Shown: positions 9,339 through 17,280, counted from the stretch's first letter. The stretch is 20,000 bases of DNA from an uncultured virus (IMG/VR IMGVR_UViG_3300032255_000165) (IMGVR_UViG_3300032255_000165), one strand, 5' to 3'. The notes: generated by a model from the sequence alone, not told the origin. A program made the numbers and translations.

Positions 9339-10363
9339 GCCACCTCTACAACCGAAAACATCCCGGCGTTTTCATCAATGCGCTGCCGGGCAATTTCCAC
9401 ATATTCCAGATTCAGTTCGATCAAAATGGCTGACCGTTGTAACTGATCAGCGACCAGCCCGGTTGTACCGGCACCGCCGAACGGATCCAGTACTGTGCCA
9501 CCAACCGGGCAACCGGCTTTGATACAGCGCGCCGCTAATTCTGGTGGGAAGGTCGCAAAATGCGCTGCCGAAAACGGTTTGGTCGCTATCGTCCAGACAT
9601 TGCGGCAATTGCGGCCATTTTCTTGCTGCTCAGCGCGGGTCATACCATCCCACCGATTGTTAAACCCGGTGTGTGGGCGACTTGCTCCGCGCGGGCGCTG
9701 TTTTTGAACCGCTTTCATCGGCCTATTTTTACGAGTGCCGCCATTGGCGCGCTCACTGCCTTTTTGCTGACCTACGTTCTGTTGTAATCGCGTCACCGTT
9801 GACTGTGTGGCTGGCTCCCGCACCGCTTCGACGTCATAAAAATATTTTGCCGATTTCGATAACAAAAATATTTTTTCATGGGCCGTGGCCGGGCGATCGG
9901 TGATGCTTTCCGGCATCGGGTTGGGTTTCGCCCAAATGATTTCCGACCTGACCCACCAACCGTCTTCTTGCAGGGCAATCGCCAACCGGTTCGGCACCAT
10001 GCATAAATCTTTTGCCTTGAGGACACCCTGAATTGTTGAAAACGGCTTATCCCGAAAAGTGCGATCATCACCACCAGCGGCTTTTGTCGCCGCAGCGCTT
10101 CGACCGTTCGGGCTGGTGGCGTAACAATCGCCGTAATTGAGCCATAAAGTCGCCGTCGGTTTCATCACCCGCCGGACGCCACGGAAAACTTTAACCATTT
10201 TTTTAATGTGTTCGCCAATTGTCGGTTCCAGCCCAATCTGTCCAGCAACCCCGTAATCGCGAAGCCCCCAATAGGGCGGGCTTGTGACTACGCAATCAAT
10301 GGAATTTTCGGGCAAATCAGCCAGCCGTTCACAGACATCGCCCGGAATGATTTGCACGCTCAT
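9335..10363 (-). CDS. Orphan DNA methyltransferase, N4/N6 beta class
   Basis: VTSPPY before LDPFGGAGTT; HFATFP; no adjacent endonuclease. Confidence 0.93.
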   Translation of the reverse strand: MSVQIIPGDVCERLADLPENSIDCVVTSPPYWGLRDYGVAGQIGLEPTIGEHIKKMVKVFRGVRRVMKPTATLWLNYGDCYATSPNGRSAAATKAAGGDDRTFRDKPFSTIQGVLKAKDLCMVPNRLAIALQEDGWWVRSEIIWAKPNPMPESITDRPATAHEKIFLLSKSAKYFYDVEAVREPATQSTVTRLQQNVGQQKGSERANGGTRKNRPMKAVQKQRPRGASRPHTGFNNRWDGMTRAEQQENGRNCRNVWTIATKPFSAAHFATFPPELAARCIKAGCPVGGTVLDPFGGAGTTGLVADQLQRSAILIELNLEYVEIARQRIDENAGMFSVVEVA

Positions 10364-10812
10364 ATCACCATCCGGTAATCATCACCGTCATCGCCGGATT
10401 TCCATTCCGCCGTGTTCTGACACGGCCCGCAAATCCGGTTTCCGGTCCAGGTTGATTTAAACGTGTTTTGACAGCGCAAACAGACCCGGTCTTGCCCGCT
10501 GGTTTTTTTATGACTGACCCCGAATGGATCGCGTGTTGTTCTTTGCCCGGTTGCCGTGATGGTAACAATGCGCCGTTTGTGTCCACCATAATGTTCAACG
10601 GAAATCAAACCGGCAGAAATCAGTTCATCAAACAGTTTTTTGACGTTGCTGGGGCTGACGGCCAAATGCTTTTCAAGCAATATTTCCGCACCCGGGCAAA
10701 TTTCATTGTTTTTTGCCGCCTCAGAAACGATTTTATACAACCGTTCCGCAGCCGCCGAAATTCCGTTGTTGATTTTTGCTTTATCCTGCACTTTTCCGTC
10801 CTTTCGTTTCAT
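10360..10812 (-). CDS. Hypothetical protein, winged-HTH-like region plus C4 zinc ribbon
   Basis: CLRC...NRICGPC; ATGA overlaps at both ends. Confidence 0.7.
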   Translation of the reverse strand: MKRKDGKVQDKAKINNGISAAAERLYKIVSEAAKNNEICPGAEILLEKHLAVSPSNVKKLFDELISAGLISVEHYGGHKRRIVTITATGQRTTRDPFGVSHKKTSGQDRVCLRCQNTFKSTWTGNRICGPCQNTAEWKSGDDGDDYRMVI

Positions 10813-11219
10813 GCCGCACCTTTAATTTCGATCAATGGATAATCAATTTCCGCTTCCCCGATCATGGCTAAAACCGTGTTTGCGGCATTGATCACATCGA
10901 CCGCGCGCACCGCCCGGCCATCCAGCACAAACCCGCCCGGGGATCCGACATCTACCGCCGCCCGGCTGCCAAGGGCATAAATTGCCCGTTGCATGGGATC
11001 GACCCGGCCAATGATGGCCGCTTCCCGGCTGATTAAAAAACCGACCCGGCGCGCCACATCGGTAAACGGCCGTTTGAATTCCGACGCCAGATTGTGAAAT
11101 TCGGCGACAACATCCGGAAATGACCGCCCCGAACACCACACCGACATGATCGCCCGGTCTTGTCCGAGGCTGAAATATGTAAACCCGGCCCATTTCCGGG
11201 CTGTCGGACATCGGGTCAT
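10809..11219 (-). CDS. Phage hypothetical protein
   Basis: 4-nt start/stop overlaps with both neighbours. Confidence 0.7.
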   Translation of the reverse strand: MTRCPTARKWAGFTYFSLGQDRAIMSVWCSGRSFPDVVAEFHNLASEFKRPFTDVARRVGFLISREAAIIGRVDPMQRAIYALGSRAAVDVGSPGGFVLDGRAVRAVDVINAANTVLAMIGEAEIDYPLIEIKGAA

Positions 11220-11404
11220 TTTTCACCTGTCCTGACTTTTTTGAATTCGCGGGCATAACGGATTTCAATGCCGCGGCCTAAAACCCGGCCACCGATCCGG
11301 GACAATGCGCAACCGGCATCGATCATCTTGCCGCCCGCAAACCAGAAAATAATCCAGAAAAATTCCCGCCATTTCGGCACATAATATTTGTGTCGGATTT
11401 TCAC
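11216..11404 (-). CDS. Small hypothetical protein
   Basis: GTGA and ATGA overlaps with neighbours. Confidence 0.55.
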   Translation of the reverse strand: MKIRHKYYVPKWREFFWIIFWFAGGKMIDAGCALSRIGGRVLGRGIEIRYAREFKKVRTGEK

Positions 11405-11697
11405 GCCATTGATCCATTGTTCCAGTAATAATTTGCCCGCCCCGGTTGCCGGTCCCGTATCGGCACCCGAACCACATCATCCGGGGTGCGCGTCGATGCC
11501 TTGAACACGGCAAAATAATCCTGCCACCGTGCCGCCGCCCGGCCCGTAAACGGACAATCACCGATCACGCCGCCGGTCTTGGCAACATCCAGCGCGTGCC
11601 AGATAATTTCGATCGCGCCCGGGTTTGTTTTGCCGATGGTCACCATTTTTGCCCGCTCGCTTTCAGACATCGGATAAAATTCAGTTGTGATTTTCAT
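11401..11697 (-). CDS. Hypothetical protein (98 aa)
   Basis: AAGGTG RBS before ATG 11697; overlaps both neighbours. Confidence 0.6.
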   Translation of the reverse strand: MKITTEFYPMSESERAKMVTIGKTNPGAIEIIWHALDVAKTGGVIGDCPFTGRAAARWQDYFAVFKASTRTPDDVVRVPIRDRQPGRANYYWNNGSMA

Positions 11698-12103
11698 GAT
11701 TTTCACCTTTTTCCATGATCGCCGCGGCCTGTAAAATGGCGACAATCGGGGTTTGACCGACGAACAACGGCGGCCCGCCCGGCCGGGACGGACCCGGTAA
11801 ACCGGCACCGGATATCCCGGACACACATTTTAAAATTTCCTGAAAATTCAGACCGGCCTGTCGCAACATCGACGCCTGGATACAGCCGACATGAATGATA
11901 TCCTGCATCAATGACCCCTCTTTCGGGCCGGTGGCGAACACTTCGCACATCGTGAACGGCTCCGGATCGTCAGGACCGTAATATCCGAAACCGATTTCGA
12001 ACGGTTGTGGCTGATCGCCCGGCAACTTGATCCATTCGATGCGCATTAATTCCGCCGCCCGTCTTGGGGCCGGGCTGTGACGCTGGAACCGGGGCGCTGT
12101 CAT
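11681..12103 (-). CDS. Stand-alone TSCPD-like domain protein (resembles class II RNR C-terminus)
   Basis: PRR...GYY...EVFATGPKEGSLM...ASMLRQAG pattern; start at ATG 12103 by ATGA overlap. Confidence 0.55.
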   Translation of the reverse strand: MTAPRFQRHSPAPRRAAELMRIEWIKLPGDQPQPFEIGFGYYGPDDPEPFTMCEVFATGPKEGSLMQDIIHVGCIQASMLRQAGLNFQEILKCVSGISGAGLPGPSRPGGPPLFVGQTPIVAILQAAAIMEKGENHENHN

Positions 12104-12381
12104 GACAACCCCCTTTTGATAAAAATGACCGCGTGCATAATCATGGATGACCCCAAAGACAGCGACAGCCACAGCCCGATAATCGCCACCGGCACCCACC
12201 ATTCCCAATCATCCCGGTTTGGCCCCGGCATCCGGTCCAGCCAAAAATCAAACCGTAAAACCTGAGAAAAAAAGCGGCGCACAGATTGACAGCGACTTTC
12301 ACCACCACCAACCCGCGCGCCAGTTTCACCCAGGGAGGGATTTGAATTGAAAAAATAAAAAAATTTGCCGATCATATCCAT
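12100..12381 (-). CDS. Hypothetical protein with a C-terminal hydrophobic helix
   Basis: WWVPVAIIGLWLSLSLGSSMIMHAVIFI; fills the operon gap. Confidence 0.55.
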   Translation of the reverse strand: MDMIGKFFYFFNSNPSLGETGARVGGGESRCQSVRRFFSQVLRFDFWLDRMPGPNRDDWEWWVPVAIIGLWLSLSLGSSMIMHAVIFIKRGLS

Positions 12382-12384
12382 CGC

Positions 12385-12936
12385 CTAAGCCCCCTGCCGC
12401 CCGGTGCGCAACACCCGCGCCGCCACCGTGCGCCCGCCCGCGGGCGGACGAACCCGGCGCATGTCGTCGCGGTCTAAAATCAACGATGATATGATCGCCA
12501 CAAACGACAACATCAGTCCGGTTTGTCGTATTGTCCGCGCCACCATTTTGCCGCGGCCAGATGCCGGATGGCCCAATTGGCGTGAAGCCGCGCCAGAATT
12601 CGCGCCACAATTTTCTTCAATTTCCATCTCCTGTTTCAGCCGCCGGGCATCCGCTTCGATGCGTTCCAGACGGCGTGACAAACTGACCTCGGTTTCCGAT
12701 AATACCGGCTCGAATATATCTTCCAGAAAAGCCACGCCCCAGCGTTCGGCCATCAAAATCAGGTGCCGCATTTGCGGGTATTGCCCGCCGCGCCAGTTTT
12801 TTGCCGTGCGTGCCTCGACCCCGAACATGCGCGCCAGTTCCTTGGCCGGATACGGCCTCAACCAGTTTGCCAGCCGTTCACCGATGGGGTTTTCAAATCC
12901 CGCCGCTTCAAACAATTTCTGGGCTGCAAAGGTCAT
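12385..12936 (-). CDS. HTH regulator in the CII position
   Basis: AKELARMFGVEARTAKNW HTH, coiled coil, hydrophobic C-terminal segment; start at ATG 12936. Confidence 0.7.
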   Translation of the reverse strand: MTFAAQKLFEAAGFENPIGERLANWLRPYPAKELARMFGVEARTAKNWRGGQYPQMRHLILMAERWGVAFLEDIFEPVLSETEVSLSRRLERIEADARRLKQEMEIEENCGANSGAASRQLGHPASGRGKMVARTIRQTGLMLSFVAIISSLILDRDDMRRVRPPAGGRTVAARVLRTGRQGA

Positions 12937-13175
12937 GGTTTTACCCCCGCAAACCGGGCACATTCAACATCAGACAACAATAGGCAAAGGAAACCGCCAC
13001 CATGAACGAACAATTGAAACAACAACTGGCGAACCACGCCGCCGAAATCCGCGCGCTGGCCTTGCCCCACCCCGATCATGCCACCTTGCTGGTGACGCTG
13101 GGCGATTTGATCGACGCCGTTGCCGATGCGCCGGGTCACGCCGATGAAAGCAAGAATGATCAGAATAATAATCAT
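12933..13175 (-). other. Bridge ORF (80 aa) linking cro-like and cII-like genes
   Basis: ATGA overlaps at both ends; in register with plus ORF 13002-13253. Confidence 0.4.
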
Positions 13176-13253
13176 GCCGCCTCATCAGGAATGTTAAAGA
13201 AATCTATGGGCAACACTGGAGGGGTCAATCTTGTGCCCGCTTGCAAAATATGA
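13002..13253 (+). CDS. Small counter-oriented hypothetical protein (83 aa)
   Basis: AAAGGAAA RBS; helical N-terminus MNEQLKQQLANHAAEIRAL; 3' end overlaps the cro-like gene. Confidence 0.5.
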   Translation: MNEQLKQQLANHAAEIRALALPHPDHATLLVTLGDLIDAVADAPGHADESKNDQNNNHAASSGMLKKSMGNTGGVNLVPACKI

Positions 13254-13399
13254 TTATGATATTTTGACGGAATATACCCAGAATCATGCCACCCTTGGAC
13301 TGTGGTTTTGGGAATTCGCCGACCAATAATGTCTGTCAAAATATCAGCCATAACTTGGTAGCTAACAAACCGGCTTATAATATTCTGATGTGGGGTCAA
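13172..13399 (-). CDS. Cro-like HTH protein (75 aa)
   Basis: Divergent from CI; GGAG RBS then TTG 13399; TTVQGWHDSGYIPSKYH motif. Confidence 0.8.
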   Translation of the reverse strand: MTPHQNIISRFVSYQVMADILTDIIGRRIPKTTVQGWHDSGYIPSKYHNHILQAGTRLTPPVLPIDFFNIPDEAA

Positions 13400-13427
13400 C
13401 TTGATTCTCCATTCCAATATTTTATAT

Positions 13428-13475
13428 TTCGTACGGTAATTTCGTACGAATGTCAATATCTTTCCGTACGCGTAC
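13428..13475 (-). promoter_or_regulatory. pR-like promoter with operator
   Basis: TTGACA 13456-13451; CGTACG-N7-CGTACG 13430-13448; further CGTACG at 13465-13470. Confidence 0.8.
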
Positions 13476-13514
13476 AAAAAAAATAATTGGTTTTCACTAA
13501 AAAGGAACGGCAGA

Positions 13515-14246
13515 ATGCAATTTATGACTGGAAAAGCTGCCAAACGACTAAAAGCAATCAGAGAGCAAACACCTTTATCAATAGGCGACGTTGCGAAGTT
13601 AATTGGTATGCAAAAATCCAGCTATCAATATTATGAAGACAAATATAAAAAAGTTTTTCTTCCACTTTCATTAATGCAGAGATTGGCGCCTATTTTCAAA
13701 GAATATGGTGTTCCAGAAGAAGATACACTTGAACTAGGTGGCATCATCACTCGCAATAATTCTGATAAACCCACAAAAAAACCTACCCAAATTTCGCCCG
13801 ATTCCCCGCCTATGTTGCCACCAAGGCATGAAATGCCGCTGGATGTGCCCGTTTACGGCACCGCCGCAGGGTCACTGGGACAGGGAAGTTTTCAAATGGC
13901 ATCAGGCGAAATAATCGACCGCGTTCGCAGAACCCCCGGCATCGCCAACGCCAAAGATGTGTACGCGCTTTACATCGAAGGCGAAAGCATGTCGCCCCGC
14001 TACGATCCGGGTGAACTGGTTTATGTGTCCGAAAAAAGGCCCGTCCGCGTTGGCGATTATGTGATAGTGCAGGTCCAGAACGGCGAACACGAAGGCATTC
14101 AGGCATATATTAAAAAACTGATCCGGCGCAAACCGGATTGGCTCGTTCTGGAACAGTTGAATCCGCCCGCGACTATCGAGATCGAAACCAAGAGCGTTAA
14201 AGCCGTGCACCGGATTTTAACGATGAATGAACTTGCAGGTGTGTAA
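13515..14246 (+). CDS. cI: CI-like repressor (HTH plus S24 peptidase)
   Basis: N-terminal HTH; VPVYGTAAG cleavage region; GESMSP Ser; YIKKL Lys. Confidence 0.93.
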   Translation: MQFMTGKAAKRLKAIREQTPLSIGDVAKLIGMQKSSYQYYEDKYKKVFLPLSLMQRLAPIFKEYGVPEEDTLELGGIITRNNSDKPTKKPTQISPDSPPMLPPRHEMPLDVPVYGTAAGSLGQGSFQMASGEIIDRVRRTPGIANAKDVYALYIEGESMSPRYDPGELVYVSEKRPVRVGDYVIVQVQNGEHEGIQAYIKKLIRRKPDWLVLEQLNPPATIEIETKSVKAVHRILTMNELAGV

Positions 14247-14287
14247 TCGAAAAACCCCGTAACGCGTTACGTAAAATACCGGATAGG

Positions 14288-14321
14288 CGGGGTTTTTTGT
14301 TGCCTGATTGGTGCGCCTGAA
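14288..14321 (+). repeat. 34-bp direct repeat, copy 1
   Basis: CGGGGTTTTTTGTTGCCTGATTGGTGCGCCTGAA, identical to 15173-15206. Confidence 0.95.
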
Positions 14322-14352
14322 ATGAAAAATGACCAACAATTTTTCTGTTTAT

Positions 14353-14404
14353 TACGCCATTGGCGCACTTTTGCATTGACACACCTGCGCCAATGGCGTA
14401 TATA
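14353..14404 (+). promoter_or_regulatory. TA operon promoter with 15-bp inverted-repeat operator
   Basis: TACGCCATTGGCGCA 14353-14367 and TGCGCCAATGGCGTA 14386-14400; TTGACA 14376-14381, 17 nt, TATATA. Confidence 0.8.
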
Positions 14405-14410
14405 CATTTC

Positions 14411-14830
14411 ATGTTCAAGGCAAAGCAATATCCAATTACGGTTTCAGAGATGCCGCTTTTTCGAAAGCAAGCACTCGCAATGATGACGGAAACGGAAATT
14501 GCCGAACTTATTGGACATTTGGCTTTCACCCCAACTGAGGGTGCCATAATGCAAGGCACCGGCGGGATAAGAAAGTTGCGATGGGCGCTTGAAGGTAGAG
14601 GGAAAAGCGGTGGAGCGCGGATCATCTATTTTTACTATGATCTGAATATGCCGTTGTACCTTTTGGCGTGTTATCCAAAAAATAAAAAAATATCACTCAC
14701 TGACGCAGAAAAAGCGCAACTCAAAAACGTTGTCAAAGAGTTGGTAAAAACCAGACATGGGCAGAATGTCCAGTCGAGTGTTAAAGGAGAAAATAACCAT
14801 GAAAAAATCAGTAGGAGAAGAGATACTTGA
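14411..14830 (+). CDS. higB: RelE/HigB-family toxin
   Basis: GTGGIRKLRW..GRGKSGGARIIYFY...LLACYPKN; toxin-first order. Confidence 0.9.
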   Translation: MFKAKQYPITVSEMPLFRKQALAMMTETEIAELIGHLAFTPTEGAIMQGTGGIRKLRWALEGRGKSGGARIIYFYYDLNMPLYLLACYPKNKKISLTDAEKAQLKNVVKELVKTRHGQNVQSSVKGENNHEKISRRRDT

Positions 14831-15101
14831 AAGCCTTGAAGGCGCTCTTGCACATGCTACAGGAAAAGACGTGCCTGTTCGGGAAACGACAATTTATGTT
14901 CCCGCCGATATTGACGTAAAATCCATCCGGGAACGGTTGGGTCTGAGTCAATCCGAATTTGCCGTTCGGTTTGGTTTCAGTATCGGTGCCGTCAGGCATT
15001 GGGAACAAGGGCGAAGACAGCCGGATGGCCCTGCCAGGGCATATTTGAAAGTGATCGGATGTGATCATGTGGCCGTTGAAAAAGCCCTTGCCGCCTTGTA
15101 G
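14799..15101 (+). CDS. higA: HigA-like XRE antitoxin
   Basis: AAGGAG RBS; DVKSIRERLGLSQSEFA...WEQGRRQPDGPA. Confidence 0.9.
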   Translation: MKKSVGEEILESLEGALAHATGKDVPVRETTIYVPADIDVKSIRERLGLSQSEFAVRFGFSIGAVRHWEQGRRQPDGPARAYLKVIGCDHVAVEKALAAL

Positions 15102-15120
15102 GTATAGCTAAATCAAGTTG

Positions 15121-15147
15121 AAAGCCCCGCTTCGGCGGGGTTTTCTT
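15121..15147 (+). terminator. Intrinsic terminator after the TA pair
   Basis: AAAGCCCCGC-TTCG-GCGGGGTTTTCTT. Confidence 0.85.
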
Positions 15148-15172
15148 TGGCCTTTTTCAAAATGCCATCTAA

Positions 15173-15206
15173 CGGGGTTTTTTGTTGCCTGATTGGTGCG
15201 CCTGAA
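15173..15206 (+). repeat. 34-bp direct repeat, copy 2
   Basis: Identical to 14288-14321. Confidence 0.95.
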
Positions 15207-15257
15207 CCGCCACCATCCTGCGGTTTGCCGCATCCGACAAAATAAAAACGCCAATAC

Positions 15258-15302
15258 TGTACGAATTTTTCGTTTGACATTCGTACGAACATTCCGTACG
15301 TT
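15258..15302 (+). promoter_or_regulatory. pL-like promoter with operator
   Basis: TTGACA 15274-15279, 17 nt, TACGTT; CGTACG-N7-CGTACG 15282-15300. Confidence 0.8.
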
Positions 15303-15329
15303 ATTTCAAACAATAACGTCGAGGATGCC

Positions 15330-15533
15330 ATGACCCCACACAACAACCCGTTAAACAGCCAATGCAAAATCACCGCCGTCGACAATAATCGCAAGCTGGC
15401 GATGGATGTCATCACCGGACGTGTTGCCAGCACCGCCACGTATCGCGGTTTGGCTTGGCGGTTTCTGAAACGCTGGGGCGTCACCGACGACCCCCGGACG
15501 CACACACCACCCCACCACCCGGACGCGGCGTGA
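15330..15533 (+). CDS. First gene of the early operon, hypothetical (67 aa)
   Basis: GAGG RBS, directly after the pL-like promoter. Confidence 0.65.
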   Translation: MTPHNNPLNSQCKITAVDNNRKLAMDVITGRVASTATYRGLAWRFLKRWGVTDDPRTHTPPHHPDAA

Positions 15534-15568
15534 TGTTTATTCAACAATTTAATTTATTGGAATATTAT

Positions 15569-16384
15569 TTAATCTGTTGCCGGACGCAAAATCAGCACTT
15601 TTTTAATTTCGCCTTCGACAATCGAAAATTCTGCTTCCACGTTAATGTACTGGCCCTCGCTAAGGGCCGCCCCATAAACATTCCCGTTAACACGAATAGC
15701 AGGGTCAAGAACGGCCCCTCTAAACCGTTTATTTTCACCTTCAAACGATACCTTGCATCCGCCAGTTACCCGGTCAAGTTCTGTAATCTTAACTCTTGCT
15801 GTGTGAGGTTCAATTTCAGCTTCGGGACCAAGTTCAATAATTGTTCGGTCACGGGCATTGAGGACAAGTTCATTTCGTGTACCGGCATTAATGACCATTT
15901 CATCACAACCGGAACTAATCGCCGCAACGCTTCGAATGGCTGCAGGACGTTTTGGTTCCAGTTTTTCAAGAAACATTTTTATCAGTTTTTGCGTATGCTC
16001 ATTATTATGCCCAATTTGCTGCATAAGATCATGAATAATTTGTTCCAAAATTTTCTGTTTATTTTTATTCGCGTAGGTGGCAAATACAAGCCCTACCAAA
16101 ACACCAAACAACCCATTGCTTGCACTGATTACAAGAGGGCTTTGACTAACCGCTTCGATCAGTGGGATGAATTCAAAGCTACCAGGAACCGGTGCTTGTG
16201 TAACAAGTCTAACCGTCCGCGAAGTCCGACGCAGAATAACTCGTTGCGTAATCGCAAATTCTGCACAAAACCCCAAAATATCATCAAGCCCATCAGCGGA
16301 CCTTGCAAATTCCCTGAGCGGCAATCGGTGTTCATCGGCCCAACCACCGACATATTTAATCGTTATTGGTTCCAAAAGCGACAT
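15569..16384 (-). CDS. Counter-oriented hypothetical moron (271 aa)
   Basis: G-rich RBS and ATG; natural composition; central hydrophobic segment GLFGVLVGLVFATYA. Confidence 0.85.
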   Translation of the reverse strand: MSLLEPITIKYVGGWADEHRLPLREFARSADGLDDILGFCAEFAITQRVILRRTSRTVRLVTQAPVPGSFEFIPLIEAVSQSPLVISASNGLFGVLVGLVFATYANKNKQKILEQIIHDLMQQIGHNNEHTQKLIKMFLEKLEPKRPAAIRSVAAISSGCDEMVINAGTRNELVLNARDRTIIELGPEAEIEPHTARVKITELDRVTGGCKVSFEGENKRFRGAVLDPAIRVNGNVYGAALSEGQYINVEAEFSIVEGEIKKVLILRPATD

Positions 16385-16464
16385 CCGCCCCCCCTTTAAA
16401 CGGTTATTCCATAAAAAACACTACCGCATAATTATAAAACACGCCAGACGTGAAAGGTTTTAAA

Positions 16465-16758
16465 ATGACAAACAAGCCGACTATTCAAACCAAGGACCTT
16501 AACAACATACAAAAAAAACTAATTTGCTGGCTGGCCAATGGCGGGTTCACCCGAGGTGTTTGGTCAAACGACGACACGTCTTTCACCCTTTATCGGTTTA
16601 CAACCCGGCGAACAATTAAACAGCATTTATGGCTGCCCCTTGTAAAAGCCGATTTGATCCGGGGTTTTGAATTAACAAAAAAAGGCCATGCCATGTCAAA
16701 AGTCATTCAAGAGGACGCCGATCTGGACAATATTCCCGACACCGGGGAAAAGGAATAA
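16465..16758 (+). CDS. Hypothetical protein
   Basis: AAAGG RBS before ATG 16465. Confidence 0.6.
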   Translation: MTNKPTIQTKDLNNIQKKLICWLANGGFTRGVWSNDDTSFTLYRFTTRRTIKQHLWLPLVKADLIRGFELTKKGHAMSKVIQEDADLDNIPDTGEKE

Positions 16759-16762
16759 CGAT

Positions 16763-16972
16763 ATGAATAATTTTAAATTAGGCCAGCCTGTAACGTGCAG
16801 ATTCCGTCTGTACCGGTATAAAAGTTACAGAAGCGACACCCGGACATGGGAGGAAACAGGACCAACGTTCATTTCAAAAGGGCCACGAATTAAAATTGCT
16901 TTAGTCGTTCCATCCGACAGGACAAACCCTATTCCTGTGCCATTTGAAAGGATGAAAAATGCCCAACCTTAA
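16763..16972 (+). CDS. Hypothetical protein
   Basis: AAGGA RBS before ATG 16763. Confidence 0.55.
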   Translation: MNNFKLGQPVTCRFRLYRYKSYRSDTRTWEETGPTFISKGPRIKIALVVPSDRTNPIPVPFERMKNAQP

Positions 16973-17186
16973 ACCCATAGAAGACGCATTGATCGATCGT
17001 GTAGCGTTAGCCTTGTGTGAAAGTTTTTACGCGAATGGTTCGATTTATGAAGAACCAATGAAAGTGGTTATTGAAAGCCGATGGAGCGAATGGAGGCCGC
17101 AAGCGGAAGCGGCGATTAGATCAATGCAAATGGATATTTCGCCTAACAAGCCCGACACCGGGGAAAAGGGGGCAGACCATGACTGA
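16959..17186 (+). CDS. Hypothetical protein
   Basis: AAGGA RBS; IDRVALALC...W..QAEAAI pattern seen in small phage early proteins. Confidence 0.65.
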   Translation: MPNLKPIEDALIDRVALALCESFYANGSIYEEPMKVVIESRWSEWRPQAEAAIRSMQMDISPNKPDTGEKGADHD

Positions 17187-17280
17187 AAATTCAAAAATAC
17201 TTATGCCCGGCAATGCCCGCAAGGGCGTGATCGAAACGCCGAAACTGGACGGCAAGCGCTGGACGGATTTTCCGGCATGA
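17179..17280 (+). pseudogene. Internally deleted Gp37Gp68/DUF5131-like remnant
   Basis: 33 aa joining MTENSKI (family-like N-terminus) to LDGKRWTDFPA (family-like C-terminus). Confidence 0.55.

Noticed and set aside
9335..10363. Restriction-modification system
   Set aside because: No recognisable endonuclease nearby; orphan methyltransferases are routine in prophages
12404..13147. 247-aa plus ORF
   Set aside because: Arg/Ser/Ala-rich shadow of the GC-rich cII-like gene; no RBS or coupling seen
13400..13543. N-terminal extension of the cro-like ORF in the track
   Set aside because: Crosses the operators and cI start; RBS plus TTG at 13399 fits better
15282..15300. Possible alphaproteobacterial LexA box
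   Set aside because: Spacing does not fit GAAC/GTTC-N7-GAAC/GTTC; better explained as a phage operator
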